Source of the DNA: Trichoplax adhaerens
Lineage: Eukaryota; Animalia; Placozoa
Assembly (NCBI RefSeq): GCF_000150275.1
Contig: NW_002060943.1
Location: 10,014,209-10,078,208 of the forward strand
DNA: 64,000 nucleotides
Reading direction: 5' to 3'
Shown: positions 30,000-44,874 of the stretch, piece by piece
How positions within the stretch are numbered: the first letter of the stretch is position 1
Layout: each line of letters begins with the position of its first letter
Made by a program: the position numbers and the translations under genes
The notes under the pieces: generated by a model
What the model was told of the DNA's origin: nothing
Database searches by the model: none
Seen by the model: the letters and a program-made list of their open reading frames with translations, nothing else

Positions 30000-32691
30000 A
30001 TGAAACGATTTCTGATCCACGATATTTATAAGAAGCCTGTAGTTATACGAAAAAGTCTACTTTGTGCTAATTCAGTATGTGTAAGCATTCCTCGTGTAAG
30101 AGGCTATTTAATCAATGCAAGACAATTCACATCGAATGAACGCCGAGATGATGGTAGCAATGTCTCGTATTGTATGAATTTAGTAAGGTAATGCGATAAG
30201 CTTTATAATAAATTTATTTTAAGTTTTAGTAAAATAAAATTGAAGTGTGTTAATTGCAATGTTATGCGGATTTGATAGAAATCTTACTTACTGTATGATG
30301 TACTGTTTCTCAGTGTAAAGTAGCCTTTTAGAAATACAGTTTTTTCGGGATTTACAAAGTCTTTAAGAACGGTCGTAGTAGTGATCAGTTTAGAAGAGCG
30401 TCTTTCCTCGTTGATTCTTTATATCTTCAGGTTGAGAGTAACTAACTGTAAATTAATTTAAGATCACAGAATAATGCTTTATTGCGCTTAGTACGTAGAT
30501 ACTGCACATGTAGTCTGCATATTTGTACTCTAGAGGAAGAACTGATTGCATAGCCAGAAAATGAGAATTAATAAGATACCGAAACCTGTTGGACAATGTA
30601 GAGGATACGCTAACATGTTATGCAGTTAATGTTGCTACGGAGGCTTGTTAATTTTATTTTATTTTAATAAAATGAAATATACCATTATTCTCCTTTTTAT
30701 CTTATTAATCAATCTCTAGGAAACATGACTTCGAAAATTACCTAACAACCTTACTATTGCCTAAGGATTCTAGGAATAGCGTCTTCGCTATCAGAGCGTT
30801 TAACTTGGAAACCATTAAGGTAAGCAAAAGAGTAGCTTTCGTTCTGATTTACTTCAATGGCAGTTAATGATTCATTAATAAACTTTAGAGTTATGAGAGT
30901 TGTAAGTTTAGTGATAATGTGTTAATATGCGATATTATAATATCTTTTAGAATATCATTATATTTGTACAAGTTGTAGATGCATACTAGAAATCTTTCGT
31001 CAGCGTTAGCTATGTTATTTCTATTCGCTATTACCCATAATACAGTATAATTAATTCATGCAGTAGTGATTTTGTGATAGACTGTACCGAATAAAATTAA
31101 TTACTTACTTTTTTTATAGATTAAAGATATCATTTCACAGCCTGGAACTGGAGAAATGCGAATAAAATTTTGGGCTAGTGCGATTGAATCGATATATAAG
31201 GTATAGACGATATCAACGAACAAGAGGTCCGATGTCATGCATTTACTTATTTGTCACGAAATCGAATAAATAAAATAAATAGTGCACTCACATTGTACCA
31301 CTTTTGACAGAATGAGCCACCACAGCACCCAATAGCTATGGAGCTAATGAAGGTTAGTGAATTTGTGAAGTTGCTACATTTCTGCTTGTGCGTTTTAGCG
31401 TCAAGTATTTATTTGACATTCACTATTGGGTTGTATACATTTCTAAATGACTTAAGAGAATTTTTTTACTTTAATTTTTTATGTTCAATTGATTCTAATG
31501 TTAGGTTCATGCCTTTGATTTGTAGGCTAAGGATAAAAATCACTTATCAAAGATGTGGTTCAACCGGTTGGTTAAGGAGAGGGTAATCGTAAAGATACCA
31601 TATTATTGTTATATGCAATCATAGCAACACTTATAAACTTATCTCAACATCATTTAATGTAATTTCAGAAAAGGCGTTTAGATGATTCACCATATCGTAA
31701 TTTGGAAGAGTTAGAAGCTTATTGTGAAAATACTGTCTCCTCTATACTGTATTTAATTCTTGAATCTCTAGGTTAGATGTAGTAACCATGACGTATTTTC
31801 AGTATGTAACAGCTGTTAATGAATAGATAGACTGTATACTGATCTATTACCTTTGTGTTCATATCCACGTCTGGCAGGAAGAGATAGTTGTACAAGTTAC
31901 TCTGATACATTGTTAGAAACAAATATTGTAAATATATTCGATTTCTCTCTTTCACATATAGGTATTCGTTGTTCCCATTCAGATCATGCAGCGAGTCATA
32001 TCGGAAAAGCGTATGGAATAGTTATCTTATTGCGCGCTGTTCCTTTCCATGCAAAGAAGGGAAAAGTTTACTTACCAAGTGATATTTTGATTAAGGTAGA
32101 TATTATTTGTACCTGTTAACGCTCTTAAATAGTGCTGTGCAAAATAATATTGTTAATCATTTCTATTGCCGAATTCTATCAGCATGGAGTATCTCATGAG
32201 GACATCATTCGGGGCAGAAGTAGTCAGCCAGTAAAGGACGCTATATATGAAATAGCAAGTCTATCTAACACCCACCTTGAGATAGTAAGGATTTATTTAT
32301 ATGCTCAGTTGATATGCTGTAGTGTGCGTATTTTAGTGCAAAAGTTTCGAGAGCATTCTGCAGCATATATTTAGAAAATACGAGTAGTGAAAAATTGTTC
32401 TCATTTCAGGCGAGATCGATTAAAAAAGACGTATCCAGGAAGGCCGTGGCAGGTTTTTTATGTTCGGTTAGAAAACATTAAAGGACATACGCGTAGAGAT
32501 AATTATTAATCAAAATTGTAGATCTAAAAAATTTAATACAGTATCATCTATGGTATCTTTAGGTTATATGCCAAAAGTATCTACGAGATTTGCAATTTGT
32601 GGATTTTGACGTATTTCATCCTAATCTGCAAGAAAGAGCCCCACTACTTCCAGTTCAACTTCTCATTCAACGGCTCAGAGGTGTTTATTAG
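30000..32691 (+). CDS. NDUFAF6: NADH dehydrogenase complex I assembly factor 6 (squalene/phytoene synthase-like), 10 exons
   Basis: Basic N-terminal presequence; [21 protein letters not shown]…FAIRAFNLE; [12 protein letters not shown]; [23 protein letters not shown]; DFDVFHPNL. Confidence 0.93.
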
Positions 32692-33935
32692 TAAAGGATG
32701 TTTGATTTGCTGATACTAACATGATATTGTATTCCATGTTATGCATATCTGCTAGAGTTGAAATGGTGCCAATAATGAATAATATACCTATTTGAGGCCA
32801 AGGCATTCACATTGAATTTTTGTATATATGATAGCTCAGATATTTAAAGCATAACTATAGAATTCGTATTTTTAGGAAGCTTTACTAGAAGATAGTTTTA
32901 TCTTCAGTCAGATAGCTTTAAAAATTTACAGTCATGAAACATATCTGCCATATAATATTTCATTAATTAAACACCGGCATATTTTATTTTAACGATTCGT
33001 CCATGAAATAAAGGCATCTGAACTCTTAACATTTCACAGAGTAATTTAGCTGGAAATCTGCGTTAGAAACTTTTTGATGTTAATTATTATTAAGACTGTG
33101 ATTAACTTCTGATTATATGTACTACGATCAGCAAATAACTATATTCACTATTAAGACTCAAGAGCAGAGTCCTAAGTATTTAAAGTTACGAATTACACAC
33201 AGAACACTGCTTGTATTATATGGTACTGGGCCTTGGCATAGTGTACGTATACTGGATCAACGTGACAGTAGTGCAGTACTAGTCAGCGAGTTACTATCGC
33301 TCGAAATTCGTTTATAAAATCACTCAGTATAGTAGCGACCGCCGAAGATGTACTTATAAGTTACTGATAACAAAATCGTTTTCATCTAGGACAACGAAAT
33401 TATTGTATACGTAAGCTGCGAAATTTATTGTTATTTAATAAAAATAAATTCAACTCGAACGGCACGTAGTCCCGTAACCCGATTTGCTACACTGCAATTA
33501 TAAGGTACTCTGAATTCAGCTTCCATTTATCAGCGACGACATTTAGATGCAGCTAGTAATCATCAAAATGGCCAGTATTACAGTATTAGGATTATTGTTA
33601 CAGTTTAGTATATTTTTTGAGTTTAAATTCGTAAATAATACAGTTCTTATCGCCGCATTTCAAATTAAATTATAAAGCATTTGCGTAGTGACTACCAAAA
33701 CCGATTAGGTAGTATTCCTTCTTGAGCGTTGATTAACTGTTGTAACATGAACACATGCATCGGCATTTACATTTTTCACATTATACGTATAGCGGCGATG
33801 CTGTTATGATATTATCATGATTATATGTCAAAATCTATTATGATTGAAAAAAAATACCTTTAATTAGTATACTAGTAAAACATTTTACGTTTGTAGTTAA
33901 ATACTAGATAACACTCTGTACTTACTGGGGGATTG

Positions 33936-36172
33936 CTATTTATCATGGCAGCTGTGAAAAACTACACAACATTTCCTTTTATGTCCAGTTCTTTCGTCAA
34001 AGTTATAACACTCCCCAAATGGTGGGCAATATAGATGAAGCGACACCGCATGTTTACTATGGCTCTCATTTTCCATACGATGTAAACCCATCGAGTCTAA
34101 ACAATTGTCGTGGTAATATAAATTTTTAAAACGCATAAGTATCATGCACTGTATGCCATACTGCAAACTGTTAAAATAGCTAATTCGATTAAGTGTCATC
34201 GGGTATATCTAGAGAACTCAGGTGCGCTTGCAACTTAGAAAGCTAAAGAAATCCACAAGAAGGCATCATAATATTTAGTTATAAACAAGCTATTCGCTAT
34301 AAATTCGTTACCTACCGTTAATGTAGGCAACTTGGTCCTTCTTATATATATTAACATCTTTAACTGTCATGGGTTGTTCTATTTCTCCCTCAGGCCATTC
34401 TAGCATAACTTCTTTCAAGCCTCCATCCAACATTTTCACGAAACAGTGGCTATTTGCATGATCATGAATACCACTGGCAAGGATTAAATAGGATATTTAT
34501 AAATAGTTGCAATATGCTACTGCTAATACAGTAGTGATTTTACATTGTTATCGGCAGTAATAAGATCGATCTGAGTGGTGTTAATTGATTATAATTATCA
34601 TATAAAAAGTTGATTCTGAAGAGTACACAATTTATTATAATCATAACTATGTACGCTACTCTGCTGCTTTGTAATATTTCTGAGAAATAATTTCCGTTTG
34701 TGATAGTTCGCGTACCTTACTTGCGCATTTTGCTTTACATCACTATCACTTGGAATAATCATACACTGCGTACTCACAAACAATATGGCAGGGTATCTAC
34801 TGCTTGACTATAGAGTTTAGGGGTTTTCATGGAATTACTTTTTAATATCGAGACTTTGGTAGTTCTAAAGTCGACGACAACCTTCCACATTGGTTACACA
34901 CACATTAGAGTAATTTTTTGGTTGATAATTCCTTTCAGCTTTGATTTTTCTTTTTTATAGTATAAAAGGATTTTCTTTTACATAGAACTTGTTCGATAAA
35001 GAACCATCTATAACATCTTTTAAATCGGGAGACTACATAAATGGCTATCGCTAAAGTTGATGAGCTAACCGACTATGTGTAAATATATCGTGGCATCATC
35101 ACGACTAACTTCGCTGGAGCTGAATTACTTTGTTTACTCTAGAGCAGGTACAGTCCGTAATCAGGACGACTCAAAAATCGGGATTATATCATGTAGCAAC
35201 TACAGTATTTATAGTTATGATAACTATTGTGAATATAGAATATTTAAAACAAATTATAGAATTAAAAATGAAGTAACATATCTCGATCTTACCTCCCTTG
35301 GCCTTCACCCCAACATAACATCATAAGATTGTATTTTCCGTTGCCTCTATCAACCAGATTTCTTGTGTATCTATAATGAAATGTAAGATCTACGTTAATC
35401 AGGAAGATTTGCACCCTCTTATTTTTACAATAACGTACGAAGAGACCGCGGACTGGTGATATATGAAATATACTGCACTATCGGCCGTTAAGCACGTAAT
35501 AAGCTTTTATAGTACTAAAGCGAATAAAAAAAAAATCAATCATAAAACTTACTTCACTGTATAACATTACTAATTTACTATAGTGCGCTCTTGTATATTA
35601 TAGAAGCTACTGTCCGTACGCGTAGTACTACAAAGCAGTAAATTCGAATTCACTGGCTATAAACATACGCATACAGTAAAGTGTAGCAGAACCATACGTA
35701 CTGTACTGTACTATACTGTAAATCAAGCAACCTATCGCTTAAAAAACAGTGGTGGTCTAAAGTTGTAACACTTAAAAATGAAGACTAGCTCAGTGATAAC
35801 GATTGTTGAGATTCTCATTTTATCGATACAATATTCTCTCAGTTCAGTTAATATTAATACAAAAAGAATAGCTAATTCTATAGATTTTTTGGATGTTTTC
35901 GATTCTTGTTTTGAAATATTACTCAAGATATGTGTAACTTGTGTTGATAGTGCTGGCACGGACACACGATAAAGTAGCACAGTAAAATTATCATTCGTTA
36001 AAAATACTAGCCTGTAAGGATCGAACTTTGTAAATTTCATCCAATCTTCGGGGTTGGATTTGTAAGATCCTAATAATTTTATTACTTGATCAACATCTAC
36101 TTGATCCTCATCAAAAATACGTCTTAATTGCTGTATTAAACCGTCAAGATCTGTGGCAAAATCTTCTCCCAT
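33936..36172 (-). CDS. CDO1: Cysteine dioxygenase type 1 (4 coding exons)
   Basis: [43 protein letters not shown] (iron-binding His pair, crosslink Cys); MGLHRMEN; [11 protein letters not shown] (crosslink Tyr). Confidence 0.95.
35371..36011 (-). other. GC-AG intron (CDO1 intron 1)
   Basis: Only the donor TAC AG|GCTAGT gives the phase-2 join to ag|A TAC ACA AGA (R-YTRN). The nearby GT donor is phase 0. Confidence 0.85.
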
Positions 36173-36236
36173 TGCGCTGTCAAGTGTCAAGTAACTGTGT
36201 CGAAATAAAGTTTATTATTGCGTGTTTCCCTTTTTG

Positions 36237-36740
36237 CAGTACTGTACAGACAGTACAGTACAATACAGTACAGTACAATACAGTACAATACAATACAGTA
36301 CTGTACTGTACTGTACAATACTGAGTACTAAGTACTGTATCGGAATACTGTACTGTACTGTACTGTACTGTACGTGCACTGTAAGTTTGGTTATTGCGTG
36401 TTTCCCTTTTTACAGTACGGTTGGCGACACCCCTACCGATAACCGGTACCGCTACCATAGAAGTAAGAAGAAGAACCAGAGTCCGTGGCACGTGACTTTA
36501 CGCTATCATAGTGCTTTTAAAGCTTTTCGACGGTACAGTACTGTACACTGTACAGTACAGTACAATTAATTTAAATTTTAAGATTTAGTAAGATTTACAG
36601 TACATGTACTGTACGACAATCTGCAGTACTGTACAGTACAGTACAGTACAGTACAGTACATAGTACTGTACAGTACTCAAAGTTTTCACGCACAAACGCA
36701 CACTGTACTGTACTGTACAGTACGGTACAGTGCAGTATTG
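36237..36740. promoter_or_regulatory. Bidirectional promoter CDO1/HSBP1 with TACTG/CAGTA array
   Basis: Between ATG 36172 (-) and ATG 36883 (+). Among the longest pentamer runs in the window. Confidence 0.75.
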
Positions 36741-36882
36741 TACGATACGCACGCGTACAGGAAGCTCATTTAAATAAATACTGTAAATCTGCACTAGCGT
36801 CCTTTGCACTTAAAATACAGTTGCTGTTGCTGTAGCACCCGTAGACGAAAACTTAGCGTCCTTTTGAGTATTACACGAAAAG

Positions 36883-38414
36883 ATGTCAGAAGCAACGAAT
36901 TGGAATGATGAGAATCCAAGAAATATCAAAGAGTTAACAGGCTTCGTACCAAAAGTTTCAAATCGCATTAATATTGTAATGCTGTATAGTACTGTATTTC
37001 TTATGTAGTCACTGAGATATTTGCGCACGTTTGTTACGTTTCCTGTACATATTCGTATGCTGATAAAAATATCCTGTTCTGGTATATAGTAAGCGTACAT
37101 TAACAGGCGGTTTACTGGACACAGTTAACTAGCGCGGAAATACCTTACAGTAGTTACTTAGTAACAAAGATATTAACTGATAAATAATTATAATAAAATA
37201 ATTTACAGAAATAGTTGTAACTAGCATCAGTGCTAGTAAACTCACCGTTAATCGGCTACATTTTCTATCTAGAAATACACTATACAGTATATGGTCACGG
37301 CAAAATGTATAAATATATAATTATATACCACTTAAGCTGATAAATATTACAGAGATTTTAAAGTTATTTCATTTTGTTTGGCTAAAATATAAATTAATTA
37401 ACACTAGTAATAATACGGTAAATAAAGAATTATCATAGATAGTACAGTCAGTGTATGCATGCATTTTAAATTAAAATTAAAAATTTAATTTAATGTATAA
37501 AGACGCTCAGATCACATTTATGAAATTTAAGTTTTATTTAAGGCTCTAACTGTATTTTACTGTAGACATAGTTGCAAAGTGACTATTCTGCACTACGTGA
37601 CATTTTAACCAGCAAGAAATGCTTTCTATTCCACAATAGTAATTCCTTGATGAAATCTGCTATCATAATACGATTTTTAAAAAGTTATCTATACGTATAT
37701 CGGTATTTTACTCAATGTTTAAATGACAAGCCACATCTGCATTTCTTTTCATTTTCTTCAATTTTTCAGATTGAAGGTCTATTACGACAAATGGTAGGTT
37801 CCTGAATCACTAGCACTTACATTCGATACTATTTCGTTAAGATAATTATGCAGAATCATGATTTGTTTCGTATTTTGTAGAATATAATTTTAGCAGTCAT
37901 GTCATATCTGAATTCTTGAAGTACAGTACTTGTTTAGGTTTTATGCGTATTTCTTATTATGGAATAGAAGTATTCTGTGCATCTATGACGAACTTTATTA
38001 AATGTGATAGAAATTTTAGTTAACTACGTGTATATTTTATGACTTATATTAAACTTCATCAGCAAGATAAATTTCAAAATGTATCGGACCAGATTATTCA
38101 AAGAAATATCCTTTCATAGCATAATCTGTAACTAAATTAATGCTTATGGCTAGTAGCTAATTAAGTTGCGAAATCTATTGTATTCTGATATTTACTAAAT
38201 GATAGATGTAATTATGATCTAGTTTCCGTGATTGATTCAGTTGATGATAGTGTAAGGTATTTTCATTTCAATTAAGATTCAGCACTTATTGTGACGTTAT
38301 AACTTTAACTAAGCATCACTTGATGAAATGGGCAACCGGATAGATGAACTGGAAAAGAATATAGGTGATTTAATTACCCAGTCTGGTGCAGAAGTTGACC
38401 TTCCAGAGAAGTGA
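36883..38414 (+). CDS. HSBP1: Heat shock factor-binding protein 1 (4 exons: 36883-36945, 37770-37793, 38063-38105, 38320-38414)
   Basis: Spliced product MSEATNWNDENPRNIKELTGF-IEGLLRQM-QDKFQNVSDQIIQR-IDEMGNRIDELEKNIGDLITQSGAEVDLPEK* matches the HSBP1 consensus. Not called by the ORF track. Confidence 0.95.
38106..38319 (+). other. U12-type (minor spliceosome) AT-AC intron in HSBP1
   Basis: 5' site ATATCCTTTC, branch-like ACTTTAAC ~10 nt before terminal AC. Splicing restores QIIQR-IDEM. Confidence 0.95.
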
Positions 38415-39009
38415 ATGGATAATTTTCATTGCTGTAGTGGATCAAATAGAAAACACTGGAAATTCTTTATAAGTTATTGTATAAGTAAACCAATTTCTTC
38501 AGAAATTGCGATTATCGCTTCAGTACGTATTTTAACTTAATCTCAGTCTTGCTATTTTACGTTGTACTGAATAAATTATATTCGATGGATCTAGGCATAT
38601 GCAGCAAGTACCTCTATCTATATTTTGCTCTATTACATCAAAGTAGACAGTGTAATAGAATAAGCTGTTAATTGATGGTGATAATTACTAGTTCAGTACG
38701 GTATTCACTAAAATAGAGTGTAAAGACATCGGCTCCTGGGCCAATTTTTTGTAAACTGTACGTGATATTGAAATTAGCTTAAAACCCTTAAATTACGTAC
38801 TGTGATGAAAATTTACAATAAATACGTAAAACTTTTTCATAACTGCTACTCGTTAAGAATACCAATTTAACAAAATCGATAGAATGTTGAACGTTTGAGA
38901 TTGCAATAGAATTTCATTAACTTTTAAAGGAACGTATTTCCATAATTCTACTATGAACTTAATAAAAAAACAGTTTTATTCAATATTATTCATATTATTT
39001 TTCTATTTT

Positions 39010-41726
39010 CTATTGTCTTCTATGGTCGATGCCAACTGCTTCTTCTACGGATTTAAATCCGTCTTGCCTAAGAGTATGTGACAGAGTATTAGTGTCTTAA
39101 AAGAAGTTAACTATAGTACGGCAAGAATAATTTCCAATTAATATCGAATAAACCTTAACAGTGTAACGAGATCAGCCTTAATTTTCTGTATAATAGATGG
39201 TCCATTATATGTTAGAGCTGTTAATACTTGTATTAACGATGCTCCGGCACGAATTTTCTCGTAAGCGTCTTCACCAGATTGTACTCCGCCAACACCAATT
39301 ATGGGTATTTTGCCTGTCAAAATATAGTTCAGTGAGCTGTAAGAAACATAGAGGCAAAATAAGTAGTTTCATCAATAAGGACAGGTTGCATACCCTCTGT
39401 TAAACGATACATATCATATATAGTTTTAGTAGCCATCTCTCGAAGTGGAGGGCCACTTAGGCCACCAGCTTCACTCTTGGAAACGCTGGTAAGGCAATTA
39501 GGTCTGCGTACAGTAGTATTACTAATAACTAAGCCATCTACATTTCTCTGTAAGAATAAAGAGCTACATGTAACTAAAGAGTAAGAGATATAATAATAGA
39601 TATACTATTAGCGAAATACGAGTAATACCCTTTCTTTCAAAATGACATCAGCAATGTCTTTCTTATCCTGTACGGTAAGGTCTGGCGCGAGCTTAATTAA
39701 TAAAGCTGGTTTGTTCTTTAGCTTTTCTCTTTCAATAGATATCTTATTAATAAAATTAGTATTTCTTTAATAAAATCTAATAGCATACGAGTATGTAAAA
39801 AGTTCATTTATTTTGGTAGTGTACGGTGAACCTAGGCAAGTATTAATTAAGCATACAATATTCTTAAGATGCGGTATCATGATATGGTATTTATTATAGA
39901 TAGAGCTACGGAACATTTGATAACTGACGTACAGGATTGTATATGAATGTCTAAGTTTATTAGTAACCTGCGTAATAATTGTTTGCAGTTCTTCCTTTTT
40001 TTGCAATGCTCTCAGCCCAGGTGTATTTGGAGAAGATACATTAATAACTAGATAATCTGCATATTTTCCAATAGCTTGAATACCCTTGACATAATCTTCG
40101 ACGGCACTATCTGAGAGTTTATTTTTACCCAAATTTATACCAACAATTCCTGAACTTTTCCCTAATTTAAGATAAACGACGGGAAAACAGATTTCAGTAA
40201 TGATCTAATCGTCTGAAAACTCAGAAAATGTTGGTAAATGCGATCGCACGAATTCTCACGACCTCTATTTTTATGCCACTTTTCAAGTTTTTGCGCGACG
40301 ATTTCATGTCCATCGCTATTGAAACCATATCTGCAGTAAAGAAATCCTTCGATGTGAGAGTTGTTGCTATTAAATAACTTCTTAATCGCTCAGACCTCAG
40401 TAACTTAAGCTAATAATTAAATTAAATTAGTACATCGAAAAATATTGTCTTTTAAAGTATTCTTGCGTCTACTGAGCTAATCTTAAGCGTCTTTTATATC
40501 ACAGACCTATTGATGATGGCTCGATCTTCTATTAATCTAAAAATACGTGGCTTAGGATTGCCAGCCTGAGGTAAAGGAGTTACACTTCCTATTTCTATAA
40601 ACCCAAATCCCATCTGCAGTAGGTCGTTGATTGCTTCAGCATGTTTATCAAAACCTGCTGCTAACCCGATAGGGTTAGAAAATTTTTGTTTAAAAACTGT
40701 AGTCACCTAAATGTCCGCGTATAAGTAATATTTGAATTAGTCTACGGACAATTATTGTTCTCAAGGTTTGTTGATATATATGTAATCGTATCAACACAGT
40801 ATGTACTGTACTGTACAATACCAGACTACAGGGTACTCTTTCGTATGGTATAATTCTCATTATTAATTAATTACTGTAAGCATACGAAGTTTGTAGGTTG
40901 TAATAAATGTATAATAAATAATTATGTCTAATTATTTTAATTTCATGCATATTCAATGATTTAAATTATATTTCTTCTAAATCTATTTAACTTACGGTGC
41001 GAACACATTAACTGCTGGTAAGCTATGACGTATAAACCTTATTGTAATAATATTTAGTAGGCTCTTGCACCCGTTTATAGCTGACTACAAGTCTAAAACT
41101 TTTTTTGGGGGGGGGGGCATTAATAAAATTATGAATGACTTCGATTTTAAAGGGATAGCTGTCTACAATTATCCCTATTAATTTGAAGTCATTTATAATT
41201 TTGTAAATGTTTCAAAATTTGGATCAAGTCTAATAGATCTATTGGACTTGATCCTAAATTTTTACGCAGTGCTTAAGGCTAATTTTTGATGCTATGTCTG
41301 CAAATGTACAACTGTAGTACTATTCTACACTTTGCATAGGTAACAATCATACAGTAGCTTTAATAATGCAAAATTCATAAGTAAAGAAGTAGTTACTTTC
41401 TTAGTTAGATTTCAATGAGTATAAAATACTGTACGATATAGAGGGTTACGGAAACTAGAAAGAACGATCGAAATCTAAAAGTAGTTGTTTCTTACTAGTT
41501 CTGCCGGATCTTCTGTGGATTGGCGTGGCACTAAACCTAATGATGCACATTTGATAGCCAATCTATGAGCAGTTTCTGGGTCAAGTCGATGCAGCAAAGG
41601 TAAAGCAAAGGTTCGATAAAAAACTTCATCGTTTCTTAATAGTTTCTGACTTACTATTAATCCACTGACCGCTACAGAAGCGAATGCTACACCACCTACG
41701 AGTTTCCATAGATTACGAATCTGCAT
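39010..41726 (-). CDS. DHODH: Dihydroorotate dehydrogenase (quinone), mitochondrial class 2 (8 exons)
   Basis: [10 protein letters not shown]; [12 protein letters not shown]; [19 protein letters not shown]; [10 protein letters not shown]; [11 protein letters not shown]; KLAPDL; GGLSGPPL; IPIIGVGGV. Confidence 0.97.
41125..41262. repeat. Two adjacent palindromic hairpins in DHODH intron 1
   Basis: 41125-41202 has ~38-bp arms; 41214-41262 has ~24-bp arms centred on AGATCT. Preceded by a poly-T/G11 tract. Confidence 0.85.
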
Positions 41727-42023
41727 GACTAATCCGAACCAGTATTTGTTATATGTAAACTGTATTTATGTAACCGTAATTATAATAATTAATTATTCGA
41801 AACTGTATGTAACATATATACTGTATTTAATGCTAACGGAAAACTTAACGACAGCAGAGTTAGCAGAAAGATTAGAAATATTGTCAGTGTTAAGGCCTTT
41901 TAAGAGAAAATTCCTCTTATTGCAGTACTGTTCATATACAGTTATGATCTTTCCAAGTTTTATCAGTTTCAGTGTATCAATCAGGCTGTTGGTTTTCTTT
42001 CTTTATTACCTTACTATACCTGG

Positions 42024-42136
42024 TGTACAGTACTGTACTAAGACGTTGTCGTTACTGGTGGTTACAGTACTGTCATCGTACCGAGAAGTCACTCTGGGCT
42101 AACTTTTATCCAAGTACGGCACGGTACAGTACAGTA
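42024..42136. promoter_or_regulatory. TACTG/CAGTA array upstream of DHODH
   Basis: TACAGTACTGTAC and CAGTACAGTA units ~300-400 bp 5' of the DHODH ATG. Confidence 0.55.
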
Positions 42137-42930
42137 ATTCAATGCGTGCAGGCAGGACTATTTTGGGGTTATTTTATATGAAAGTAGATTGGCTTCGTAA
42201 TACTGTATGCGTTGTAAAATGGATAGAATCAAATTACAATCACTCTGATAACATAAGAACGGATAGTATTTCCTTTTGCTATATGCACATACTTATTCTT
42301 TTATTATGAAAGCAATTGTGCAATATTCATGATGATATCAGGATACATCAATAACAATTTCATTTAATAAAAATGTAATTTAATTATCAGTGCATCACTA
42401 TGCTCGCTATCGGTACTGCATGCAATAGCAGTGTTCCTGACTGCAGGCAATCCCAAATTCATACACCCTGCACTAGACAGAAGTCAGGTTATGTGAAATT
42501 TCTTTAAATATCTTTATTGCTGATGTTACTTAAAAGATTACTTAATTCCTACAGTACAAAAATCGAAATAAACACAATTTGGGCATGTGAACATTATTGC
42601 TATAATATTTCAGCCCAAAAGGAAATCCATTATTCATAACTAACTTCTAAACCGTGAAGTAACCTCGACAACATAAAGACGCAATACAATACGAAAACAG
42701 GCTTACTAAAAGAACTAATATTAATTTACATAAATATTAATTACTGTACAAATTGTACAATGTATAAAAATTTCTTAGATAAGCAATAGTTACAACATGA
42801 ATAGTTACTTGTAAATATCTACCCCAACACTGAACTTGTTTCGTTAATATATTTATATACGTATTACGATATATTCATGACACAGTACGAGTAGGTACTT
42901 TAGATTATAGTGTTTTAAATTCTAGAGTAC

Positions 42931-44724
<1,794 letters not shown>

Positions 44725-44874
44725 CTTGAAGGACTTTTACTTTCGTGATTTTCGATTAAGTTGTTCGTATATTATAATAAAATTAGTGATGCGGATTAGC
44801 AAAATGTGACGAAAGGAAGCCGATATCTAGGTGACTCAGTTAATTTTAATTTGCAGTTAGTAACAGTAGTATCC

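Noticed and set aside
36180-36809. ORFs rich in YCTVL/STVQY repeats (also 5403, 29236, 44907, 45472, 53202, 53556, 53845, 61360)
   Set aside because: They are translations of the stop-free TACTG/CAGTA pentamer arrays in promoter DNA, not proteins.
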